A DNA stretch of 64,000 nt from Eledone cirrhosa (Eukaryota): assembly GCA_964016885.1 (NCBI GenBank), contig OZ024744.1:13144001-13208000 (forward strand), in the 5' to 3' direction. Within the stretch, counting starts at the first letter, position 1, and each line of letters begins with the position of its first letter. The position numbers and the translations under genes are program-made. Of this stretch, positions 53,001 through 64,000 are shown piece by piece. The notes below the pieces were generated by a model. The model had not been told where the DNA came from. It made no database searches and saw only the letters and a list, made by a program, of their open reading frames with translations.

Positions 53001-54706
53001 ACTCCCATACTATGGACATGTGGTTAGAATGTCTCAGTAGACCAGAGAGTCACTCCAGTTAAAGCGTCTAATTCTCTTAATTGAGAGATCACAACTCCCA
53101 TACTATGGACATGTGGTTAGAATGTCTCAGTAGATTAGAGTGTCATTCCAGTTAAAGCTACTCTCTAAATTGAGAGATCACAACTCCAATACTATGGACA
53201 TGTGGTTAGAATGTCTCAGTAGATCAGAGTGTCACTCCAGTTAAAGCTACTCTCTAAATTGAGAGATAACAACTCCTATACTATGGACACTGGGTTAGAA
53301 TGTCTCAGTAAATCAGAGTGTCACTCCAGTTAAAGCCACTCTCTAAATTGAAACATCACAACTCCCATACTATGGACATGTTGTTAGAATGTCTCAGTAG
53401 ATCAGAGAGTCATTCTAGTTAAAGCCACTCTCTAAATTGAAAGATCACAACTCCCATACTATGGACGTGTGGTTAGAATGTCTCAGTAGATCAGAGAATC
53501 ACTCCAGTTAAAGCTACTCTCTAAATTGAGAGATCACAACTCCCATACTATGGAAATGTGGTTAGAATGTCTCAGTAGATCAGAGAGTCACTCCAGTTAA
53601 GGCCACTCTCTAAATTGAGAGATCACAACTCCAATACTATGGACATGTCGTTAGAATGTCTCAGTAGATCAGAAGGTCACTCCAGTTAAAGCTACACTCT
53701 AAATTGAGAGATCATAACTCCTATACTATGGACATGGGGTTTGAAAGACTCAGTAGATTAGAGTGTCACTTCAGTTGAAGCTACTCTCTAAATTGAGAGA
53801 TCACAACTCCAATACTATGGACATGTGGTTAGAATGTCTCAGTAGATCAGAGAGTCACTCCAGTTAAAGCCACTCTCTAAATTCAGAGATCACAACTCCA
53901 ACACTATGGACATGGACTTTGAATGTCTCAGTAGATCAGAGTGTCACTCCAGTTAAAGTTACTCTCTAAATTGAGAGATCACAACTCCAATAATATGGAC
54001 ATGGGGTTTGAATGTCTCAGTAGATCAGAGTGTCACTCCAGTTAAAGCTAATCTCTAAATTGAGAGATCACAACTCCAATACTATGGACATGTGGTTAGA
54101 ATGTCTCAGTAGATCAGAGAGTCATTCCAGTTAAAGCCACTCTCTAAATAGAGAGATCACAACTCCCGTACTATGGACGTGTGGTTAGAATGTCTCAGTA
54201 GATCAGAGAATCACTCCAGTTAAAGCTACTCTATAAATTGAGAGATCACATCTCCCATACTATGGACATATGGTTAGAATGTCTCAGTAGATCAGGGAGT
54301 CATTCTTGTTAAAGCTACTCTCTAAATTGAGAGATCACAACTCCCATACTATGGACATGTGGTTACAATCTCTCAGTAGTTCAGAGAGTCATTCCAGTTA
54401 AAGCCACTCTCTAAATTGAAAGATCACAACTCCCATACTATGGACGTGTGGTTAGAATGTCTCAGTAGATCAGAGAATCACTCCAGTTAAAGCTACTCTC
54501 TAAATTGAGAGATCACAACTCCCATACTATGGAAATGTGGTTAGAATGTCTCAGTAGATCAGAGAGTCACTCCAGTTAAGGCCACTCTCTAAATTGAGAG
54601 ATCACAACTCCAATACTATGGACATGTGGTTAGAATGTCTCAGTAGATCAGAAGGTCACTCCAGTTAAAGCTACACTCTAAATTGAGAGATCACAACTCC
54701 TATACT

Positions 54707-55950
54707 ATGGACATGGGGTTAGAATGTCTCAGTAGATCAGAGTGTCACTCCAGTTAAAGCCACTCTCTAAATTGAGGGATCACAACTCCCATACTATGGA
54801 CATGTTGTTAGAATGTCTCAGTAGATCAGAGAGTCATTCCAGTTAAAACCACTCTCTAAATTGTGAGATCACAACTCCAATTCTATGGACATGGGGTTTG
54901 AAAGACTCAGTAGATTAGAGTGTCAGTTCAGTTGAAGCTACTCTCTAAATTGAGAGATCACAACTCCAATACTATGGACATGTGGTTAGAATGTCTCAGT
55001 AGATCAGAGTGTCACTCCTGTTAAAGCTACTCTCTAAATTGAGAGATTACAACTCCCATACTATGGACATGTGGTTAGAATGTCTCAGTAGATTAGAGTG
55101 TCATTCCAGTTAAAGCTACTCTCTAAATTGAGAGATCAGAACTCCCATACTATCGACATGTGGGTAGAATGTCTCAGTAGACCAGAGAGTCACTCCAGTT
55201 AAAGCGACTAATTCTCTAAATTGAGAGATCACAACTCCCATACTATGGACATGTGGTTAGAATGTCTCAGTAGATTAGAGTGTCATTCCAGTTAAAGCTA
55301 CTCTCTAAATTGAGAGATCACAACTCCTATACTATGGACATGGGGTTAGAATGTCTCAGTAGATCAGAGTGTCACTCCAGTTAAAGCCACTCTCTAAATT
55401 GAGGGATCACAACTCCCATACTATGGACATGTTGTTAGAATGTCTCAGTAGATCAGAGAGTCATTCCAGTTAAAACCACTCTCTAAATTGTGAGATCACA
55501 ACTCCAATTCTATGGACATGGGGTTTGAAAGACTCAGTAGATTAGAGTGTCACTTCAGTTGAAGCTACTCTCTAAATTGAGAGATCACAACTCCAATACT
55601 ATGGACATGTGGTTAGAATGTCTCAGTAGATCAGAGTGTCACTCCTGTTAAAGCTACTCTCTAAATTGAGAGATTACAACTCCCATACTATGGACATGTG
55701 GTTAGAATGTCTCAGTAGATTAGAGTGTCATTCCAGTTAAAGCTACTCTCTAAATTGAGAGATCAGAACTCCCATACTATCGACATGTGGGTAGAATGTC
55801 TCAGTAGACCAGAGAGTCACTCCAGTTAAAGCGACTAATTCTCTAAATTGAGAGATCACAACTCCCATACTATGGACATGTGGTTAGAATGTCTCAGTAG
55901 ATTAGAGTGTCATTCCAGTTAAAGCTACTCTCTAAATTGAGAGATCACAA
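54707..55950 (+). repeat. Tandem duplication of a 7-monomer block (627 bp)
   Basis: GCGACTAATT at 55204/55831 gives offset 627 = 7x89+4. TAAAACCAC..TTGTGAG, GAAAGACTC, CTCCTGTT, ATCAGAACT and ATCGAC repeat in order. The same pair recurs at 62162/62789. Confidence 0.88.
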
Positions 55951-58900
55951 CTCCAATACTATGGACATGTGGTTAGAATGTCTCAGTAGATCAGAGTGTC
56001 ACTCCAGTTAAAGCTACTCTCTAAATTGAGAGATTACAACTCCTATACTATGGACATGGGGTTAGAATGTCTCAGAAAATCAGAGTGTCACTCCAGTTAA
56101 AGCCACTCTCTAAATTGAAACATCACAACTCCCATACTATGGACATGTTGTTAGAATGTCTCAGTAGATCAGAGAGTCACTCCAGTTAAAGCCACTCTCT
56201 AAATTGAGAGATCACAACTCCAATACTATGGACATGGAGTTTGAAAGTCTCAGTAGATTAGAGTGTCACTCCAGTTAAAGCTACTCTCTAAATTGAGAGA
56301 TCACAACTCCTATACTATGGACATGGGGTTAGAATGTCTCAGTAGATCAGAGTGTCACTCCAGTTAAAGCCACTCTCTCAATTGAGGGATCACAACTCCC
56401 ATACTATGGACATGTTGTTAGAATATCTCAGTAGATCAGAGAGTCACTCCAGTTAAAGCCACTCTCTGAATTGAGAGATCACAACTCCAATACTATGGAG
56501 ATGGGGTTTGAACGTCTCAGTAGATCAGAGAGTCGCTCAAGTTAAAGCCACTCTCTAAATTGAGAGATCACAACTTCCATACTATGGACATGTGGTTAGA
56601 ATGTCTCAGTAGATCAGAGAGTCACTCCAGTTAAAGCTACTCTCTAAATTGAGAGATCACAACTCCCATACTATCGACATGGGTTTTGAATGTCTCAGTA
56701 GATCAGAGAGTCACTCCAGTAAAAGCCACTCTCTAAATTGAGAGATCACAACTCCAATACTATGGACATGGGGTTTGAACGTCTCAGTAGATCAGAGAGT
56801 CGCTCAAGTTAAAGCCACTCTCTTAATTGAGAGATCACAACTCCAATACTATGGACATGTGCTTATAATGTCTCAGTAGATCAGAGAGTCACTTCAGTTA
56901 AAGCCACTCTCTAAATTAAGAGATCACAACTTCCATACTATGGACATGTGGTTAGAATGTCTCAGTAGATCAGAGATTCACTCCAGTTAAAGCCACTCTC
57001 TAAATTGAGAGATCACAACTCCAATACTATGGTCATGTGGTTAGAATGTCTCAGTAGATCAGAGAGTCACTCCAGTTAAAGCCACTCTCTAAATTCAGAG
57101 ATCACAACTCCAACACTATGGACTTGGGCTTTGAATGTCTCAGTAGATCAGAGAGTCATTCCAGTTAAAGCCACTCTCTAAATTGAGAGATCACAACTCC
57201 CGTACTATGGACGTGTGGTTAGAATGTCTCAGTAGATCAGAGAATCACTCCAGTTAAAGCTACTCTCTAAATTAAGAGATCCCAACTCCCACATTATGGA
57301 AATATGGTTACAATGTCTCAGTAGATCATAGAGTCACTCCAGTTAAAGCCACTCTCTAAATTGAGAGATCACAACTCCAATACTATGGACATGTGGTTAG
57401 AATGTCTCAGTAGATAAGAAAGTCACTCCAGTTAAAGCTACACTCTAAATTGAGAGATCGCAACTCCTATACTATGGACATGGGGTTAGAATGTCTCAGT
57501 AGATCAGAGTGTCACTCCAGTTAAAGCCACTCTCTAAGTTGAGGGATCACAACTCCCATACTATGGACATGTTGTTAGAATGTCTCAATAGATCAGAGAG
57601 TCACTCCAGTTAAAGCCACTCTCTAAATTGAGAGATCACAACTCCAATTCTATGGACATGGTGTTTGAATGTCTCAGTAGATCAGAGAATCACTCCAGTT
57701 AAGGCCACTCTCTAAATTGAGAGATCACAACTCCAACACTATGGACATGGGGTTTGAATGTCTCAGTAGATCAGAGAGTCGCTCAAGTTAAAGCCACTGT
57801 CTAAATTGAGAGATCACAACTCCAATACTATGGACATGTGGTTAGAATGTCTCAGTAGATCAGAGAGTCACTTCAGTTAAAGCCACTCTCTAAATTAAGA
57901 GATCACAACTTCCATACTATGGACATGTGGTTAGAATGTCTCAGTAGATCAGAGAGTCACTCCAGTTAAAGCCACTCTCTAAATTCAGAGATCACAACTC
58001 CAACACTATGGACATGGGCTTTGAATGTCTCAGTAGATCAGAGTGTCACTCCAGTTAAAGTTACTCTCTAAATTGAGAGATCACAACTCCAATAGTATGG
58101 ACATGGGGTTTGAATGTCTCAGTAGATCAGAGTGTTACTCCAGTTAAAGCTAATCTCTAAATTGAGAGATCACAACTCCAATACTATGGACATGTGGTTA
58201 GAATGTCTCAGTAGATCAGAGAGTCATTCCAGTTAAAGCCACTCTCTAAATTGAGAGATCACAACTCCCGTACTATGGACGTGTGGTTAGAATGTCTCAG
58301 TAGATCAGAGAATCACTCCAGTTAAAGCTACTCTCTAAATTGAGAGATCACATCTCCCATACTATGGACATGTGGTTAGAATGTCTCAGTAGATTAGAGT
58401 GTCATTCCAGTTAGAGCTACTCTCTAAATTGAGAGATCACAACTCCAATACTATGGACATGTGGTTAGAATGTCTCAATAGATCAGAGAGTCACTTCAGT
58501 TAAAGCCACTCTCTAAATTAAGAGATCACAACTTCCATACTATGGACATGTGGTGAGAATGTCTCAGTAGATCAGAGTGTCACTCCTGTTAAAGCTACTC
58601 TCTAAATTGAGAGATTACAACTCCCATATTATGGACATGTGGTTAGAATGTCTCAGTAGATTAGAGTGTCATTCCAGTTAAAGCTACTCTCTAAATTGAG
58701 AGATCAGAACGCCCATACTATGGAGATGTGGTTAGAATGTCTCAGTAGACCAGAGAGTCACTCCAGTTAAAGCGTCTAATTCTCTAAATTGAGAGATCAC
58801 AACTCCCATACTATGGACATGTGGTTAGAATGTCTCAGTAGATTAGAGTGTCATTCCAGTTAAAGCTACTCTCTAAATTGAGAGATCACAACTCCAATAC

Positions 58901-60236
58901 TATGGACATGTGGTTAGAATGTCTCAGTAGATCAGAGTGTCACTCCAGTTAAAGCTACTCTCTAAATTGAGAGATAACAACTCCTATACTATGGACACTG
59001 GGTTAGAATGTCTCAGTAAATCAGAGTGTCACTCCAGTTAAAGCCACTCTCTAAATTGAAACATCACAACTCCCATACTATGGACATGTTGTTAGAATGT
59101 CTCAGTATATCAGAGAGTCATTCTAGTTAAAGCCACTCTCTAAATTGAAAGATCACAACTCCCATACTATGGACGTGTGGTTAGAATGTCTCAGTAGATC
59201 AGAGAATCACTCCAGTTAAAGCTACTCTCTAAATTGAGAGATCACAACTCCCATACTATGGAAATGTGGTTAGAATGTCTCAGTAGATCAGAGAGTCACT
59301 CCAGTTAAGGCCACTCTCTAAATTGAGAGATCACAACTCCAATACTATGGACATGTGGTTAGAATGTCTCAGTAGATCAGAAGGTCACTCCAGTTAAAGC
59401 TACACTCTAAATTGAGAGATCACAACTCCTATACTATGGACATGGGGTTTGAAAGACTCAGTAGATTAGAGTGTCACTTCAGTTGAAGCTACTCTCTAAA
59501 TTGAGAGATCACAACTCCAATACTATGGACATGTGGTTAGAATGTCTCAGTAGATCAGAGAGTCACTCCAGTTAAAGCCACTCTCTAAATTCAGAGATCA
59601 CAACTCCAACACTATGGACATGGGCTTTGAATGTCTCAGTAGATCAGAGTGTCACTCCAGTTAAAGTTACTCTCTAAATTGAGAGATCACAACTCCAATA
59701 ATATGGACATGGGGTTTGAATGTCTCAGTAGATCAGAGTGTCACTCCAGTTAAAGCTAATCTCTAAATTGACAGATCACAACTCCAATACTATGGACATG
59801 TGGTTAGAATGTCTCAGTAGATCAGAGAGTCATTCCAGTTAAAGCCACTCTCTAAATTGAGAGATCACAACTCCCGTACTATGGACGTGTGGTTAGAATG
59901 TCTCAGTAGATCAGAGAATCACTCCAGTTAAAGCTACTCTATAAATTGAGAGATCACATCTCCCATACTATGGACATATGGTTAGAATGTCTCAGTAGAT
60001 CAGGGAGTCATTCTTGTTAAAGCTACTCTCTAAATTGAGAGATCACAACTCCCATACTATGGACATGTGGTTACAATCTCTCAGTAGATCAGAGAGTCAT
60101 TCCAGTTAAAGCCACTCTCTAAATTGAAAGATCACAACTCCCATACTATGGACGTGTGGTTAGAATGTCTCAGTAGATCAGAGAATCACTCCAGTTAAAG
60201 CTACTCTCTAAATTGAGAGATCACAACTCCCATACT

Positions 60237-62736
60237 ATGGAAATGTGGTTAGAATGTCTCAGTAGATCAGAGAGTCACTCCAGTTAAGGCCACTCTCTAA
60301 ATTGAGAGATCACAACTCCAATACTATGGACATGTGGTTAGAATGTCTCAGTAGATCAGAAGGTCACTCCAGTTAAAGCTACACTCTAAATTGAGAGATC
60401 ACAACTCCTATACTATGGACATGGGGTTAGAATGTCTCAGTAGATCAGAGTGTCACTCCAGTTAAAGCCACTCTCTAAATTGAGGGATCACAACTCCCAT
60501 ACTATGGACATGTTGTTAGAATGTCTCAGTAGATCAGAGAGTCATTCCAGTTAAAACCACTCTCTAAATTGTGAGATCACAACTCCAATTCTATGGACAT
60601 GGGGTTTGAAAGACTCAGTAGATTAGAGTGTCACTTCAGTTGAAGCTACTCTCTAAATTGAGAGATCACAACTCCAATACTATGGACATGTGGTTAGAAT
60701 GCCTCAGTAGATCAGAGTGTCACTCCTGTTAAAGCTACTCTCTAAATTGAGAGATTACAACTCCCATACTATGGACATGTGGTTAGAATGTCTCAGTAGA
60801 TTAGAGTGTCATTCCATTTAAAGCTACTCTCTAAATTGAGAGATCAGAACTCCCATACTATCGACATGTGTGTAGAATGTCTCAGTAGACCAGAGAGTCA
60901 CTCCAGTTAAAGCGACTAATTCTCTAAATTGAGAGATCACAACTCCCATACTATGGACATGTGGTTAGAATGTCTCAGTAGATTAGAGTGTCATTCCAGT
61001 TAAAGCTACTCTCTAAATTGAGAGATCACAACTCCTATACTATGGACATGGGGTTAGAATGTCTCAGTAGATCAGAGTGTCACTCCAGTTAAAGCCACTC
61101 TCTAAATTGAGGGATCACAACTCCCATACTATGGACATGTTGTTAGAATGTCTCAGTAGATCAGAGAGTCATTCCAGTTAAAACCACTCTCTAAATTGTG
61201 AGATCACAACTCCAATTCTATGGACATGGGGTTTGAAAGACTCAGTAGATTAGAGTGTCACTTCAGTTGAAGCTACTCTCTAAATTGAGAGATCACAACT
61301 CCAATACTATGGACATGTGGTTAGAATGTCTCAGTAGATCAGAGTGTCACTCCTGTTAAAGCTACTCTCTAAATTGAGAGATTACAACTCCCATACTATG
61401 GACATGTGGTTAGAATGTCTCAGTAGATTAGAGTGTCATTCCAGTTAAAGCTACTCTCTAAATTGAGAGATCACAACTCCCATACTATGGAAATGTGGTT
61501 AGAATGTCTCAGTAGATCAGAGAGTCACTCCAGTTAAGGCCACTCTCTAAATTGAGAGATCACAACTCCAATACTATGGACATGTGGTTAGAATGTCTCA
61601 GTAGATCAGAAGGTCACTCCAGTTAAAGCTACACTCTAAATTGAGAGATCACAACTCCTATACTATGGACATGGGGTTAGAATGTCTCAGTAGATCAGAG
61701 TGTCACTCCAGTTAAAGCCACTCTCTAAATTGAGGGATCACAACTCCCATACTATGGACATGTTGTTAGAATGTCTCAGTAGATCAGAGAGTCATTCCAG
61801 TTAAAACCACTCTCTAAATTGTGAGATCACAACTCCAATTCTATGGACATGGGGTTTGAAAGACTCAGTAGATTAGAGTGTCACTTCAGTTGAAGCTACT
61901 CTCTAAATTGAGAGATCACAACTCCAATACTATGGACATGTGGTTAGAATGCGTCAGTAGATCAGAGTGTCACTCCTGTTAAAGCTACTCTCTAAATTGA
62001 GAGATTACAACTCCCATACTATGGACATGTGGTTAGAATGTCTCAGTAGATTAGAGTGTCATTCCAGTTAAAGCTACTCTCTAAATTGAGAGATCAGAAC
62101 TCCCATACTATCGACATGTGGGTAGAATGTCTCAGTAGACCAGAGAGTCACTCCAGTTAAAGCGACTAATTCTCTAAATTGAGAGATCACAACTCCCATA
62201 CTATGGACATGTGGTTAGAATGTCTCAGTAGATTAGAGTGTCATTCCAGTTAAAGCTACTCTCTAAATTGAGAGATCACAACTCCTATACTATGGACATG
62301 GGGTTAGAATGTCTCAGTAGATCAGAGTGTCACTCCAGTTAAAGCCACTCTCTAAATTGAGGGATCACAACTCCCATACTATGGACATGTTGTTAGAATG
62401 TCTCAGTAGATCAGAGAGTCATTCCAGTTAAAACCACTCTCTAAATTGTGAGATCACAACTCCAATTCTATGGACATGGGGTTTGAAAGACTCAGTAGAT
62501 TAGAGTGTCACTTCAGTTGAAGCTACTCTCTAAATTGAGAGATCACAACTCCAATACTATGGACATGTGGTTAGAATGTCTCAGTAGATCAGAGTGTCAC
62601 TCCTGTTAAAGCTACTCACTAAATTGAGAGATTACAACTCCCATACTATGGACATGCGGTTAGAATGTCTCAGTAGATTAGAGTGTCATTCCAGTTAAAG
62701 CTACTCTCTAAATTGAGAGATCAGAACTCCCATACT
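60237..62736 (+). repeat. Tandem duplication of a 14-monomer block (1250 bp): 60237-61486 and 61487-62736
   Basis: ATGGAAATG at 60237/61487, GCCTCAG/GCGTCAG at 60701/61951 and GCGACTAATT at 60912/62162 all give offset 1250 = 14x89+4. Confidence 0.9.
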
Positions 62737-64000
62737 ATCGACATGTGGGTAGAATGTCTCAGTAGACCAGAGAGTCACTCCAGTTAAAGCGACTAATTCT
62801 CTAAATTGAGAGATCACAACTCCCATACTATGGACATGTGGTTAGAATGTCTCAGTAGATTAGAGTGTCATTCCAGTTAAAGCTACTCTCTAAATTGAGA
62901 GATCACAACTCCAATACTATGGACATGTGGTTAGAATGTCTCAGTAGATCAGAGTGTCACTCCAGTTAAAGCTACTCTCTAAATTGAGAGATTACAACTC
63001 CTATACTATGGACATGGGGTTAGAATGTCTCAGAAAATCAGAGTGTCACTCCAGTTAAAGCCACTCTCTAAATTGAAACATCACAACTCCCATACTATGG
63101 ACATGTTTTTAGAATGTCTCAGTAGATCAGAGAGTCACTCCAGTTAAAGCCACTCTCTAAATTGAGAGATCACAACTCCAATACTATGGACATGGGGTTT
63201 GAAAGTCTCAGTAGATTAGAGTGTCACTCCAGTTAAAGCTACTCTCTAAATTGAGAGATCACAACTCCTATACTATGGACATGGGGTTAGAATGTCTCAG
63301 TAGATCAGAGTGTCACTCCAGTTAAAGCCACTCTCTCAATTGAGGGATCACAACTCCCATACTATGGACATGTTGTTAGAATATCTCAGTAGATCAGAGA
63401 GTCACTCCAGTTAAAGCCACTCTCTGAATTGAGAAATCACAACTCCAATACTATGGAGATGGGGTTTGAACGTCTCAGTAGATCAGAGAGTCGCTCAAGT
63501 TAAAGCCACTCTCTAAATTGAGAGATCACAACTTCCATACTATGGACATGTGGTTAGAATGTCTCAGTAGATCAGAGAGTCACTCCAGTTAAAGCTACTC
63601 TCTAAATTGAGAGATCACAACTCCCATACTATCGACATGGGGTTTGAATGTCTCAGTAGATCAGAGAGTCACTCCAGTAAAAGCCACTCTCTAAATTGAG
63701 AGATCACAACTCCAATACTATGGACATGGGGTTTGAACGTCTCAGTAGATCAGAGAGTCGCTCAAGTTAAAGCCACTCTCTAAATTGAGAGATCACAACT
63801 CCAATACTATGGACATGTGGTTAGAATGTCTCAGTAGATCAGAGAGTCACTTCAGTTAAAGCCACTCTCTAAATTAAGAGATCACAACTTCCATACTATG
63901 GACATGTGGTTAGAATGTCTCAGTAGATCAGAGATTCACTCCAGTTAAAGCCACTCTCTAAATTGAGAGATCACAACTCCAATACTATGGTCATGTGGTT

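Larger units (their letters stand above)
1..64000 (+). repeat. 89-bp-monomer tandem satellite array, 718 full copies plus a partial copy, single orientation, running off both window edges
   Basis: Monomer starts (ATGGAC) fall at 1, 90, 179 and onward to 63987. 63986 = 718x89 + 84, matching the counted indels. Copies typically differ from the consensus by only a few substitutions. No non-repeat sequence was seen. Confidence 0.99.
52834..64000 (+). repeat. Large duplication with a 64-monomer period (5708 bp): unit 52834-58541; the second copy starts at 58542, is expanded internally and is cut by the window end
   Basis: GCGTCTAATT at 53064/58772 and ATGGACACTGGG at 53283/58991 give offset 5708 = 64x89+12. 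After the internal 1250-bp duplication the offset is 6958 (CAGAAAATCAG 56073/63031; TCTCTGAATT 56463/63421). Window end 64000 maps to 57042. Confidence 0.9.

Noticed and set aside
1-64000. CRISPR array or other repeat-spacer system
   Set aside because: The entire 89 bp is repeated. There are no unique spacers, leader or cas genes, and variation is limited to point changes inherited in blocks.
1-64000. Long repetitive protein-coding gene on either strand
   Set aside because: 89 is not a multiple of 3, and all three frames on both strands of the consensus contain stops (plus: TAA, TAG, TAG; minus: TAA, TGA, TAG).
1-64000. CENP-B box
   Set aside because: The motif needs TTCG and CGGG cores. 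The consensus has no CpG and I saw no variant supplying both.
1-64000. Hidden transposon fragment, inversion or unique insert
   Set aside because: None was seen on reading, and the length accounting (718x89 + 84 bp of identified small indels) leaves no unexplained sequence unless it was exactly compensated.

Overview
The whole 64 kb window is one uninterrupted head-to-tail tandem array (satellite DNA) of an 89-bp monomer. Consensus: ATGGACATGTGGTTAGAATGTCTCAGTAGATCAGAGAGTCACTCCAGTTAAAGCCACTCTCTAAATTGAGAGATCACAACTCCCATACT (37/89 = about 42% GC, no CpG). There are 718 complete monomers plus a 14-bp partial one. The last monomer start (63987) equals 1 + 718x89 + 84, and 84 is exactly the net length of the indels I counted (19 x +4, 10 x +1, 2 x -1). 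I saw no genes, RNA genes, transposon insertions, inversions or CRISPR spacers, and all six frames of the consensus are closed. The informative structure lies above the monomer level. Diagnostic variants reveal tandem and dispersed block duplications with periods from 1 to 113 monomers, all in register and some nested. They also reveal conserved orders of monomer types, chimeric junction monomers, and variant sets restricted to parts of the window. Each monomer carries several short dyad symmetries. A eukaryotic centromeric, pericentromeric or other heterochromatic satellite is the most likely identity (inference). I cannot name the family or organism, and I found no evidence of a protein-coding system. 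All counts and offsets were made by eye and should be confirmed by alignment.
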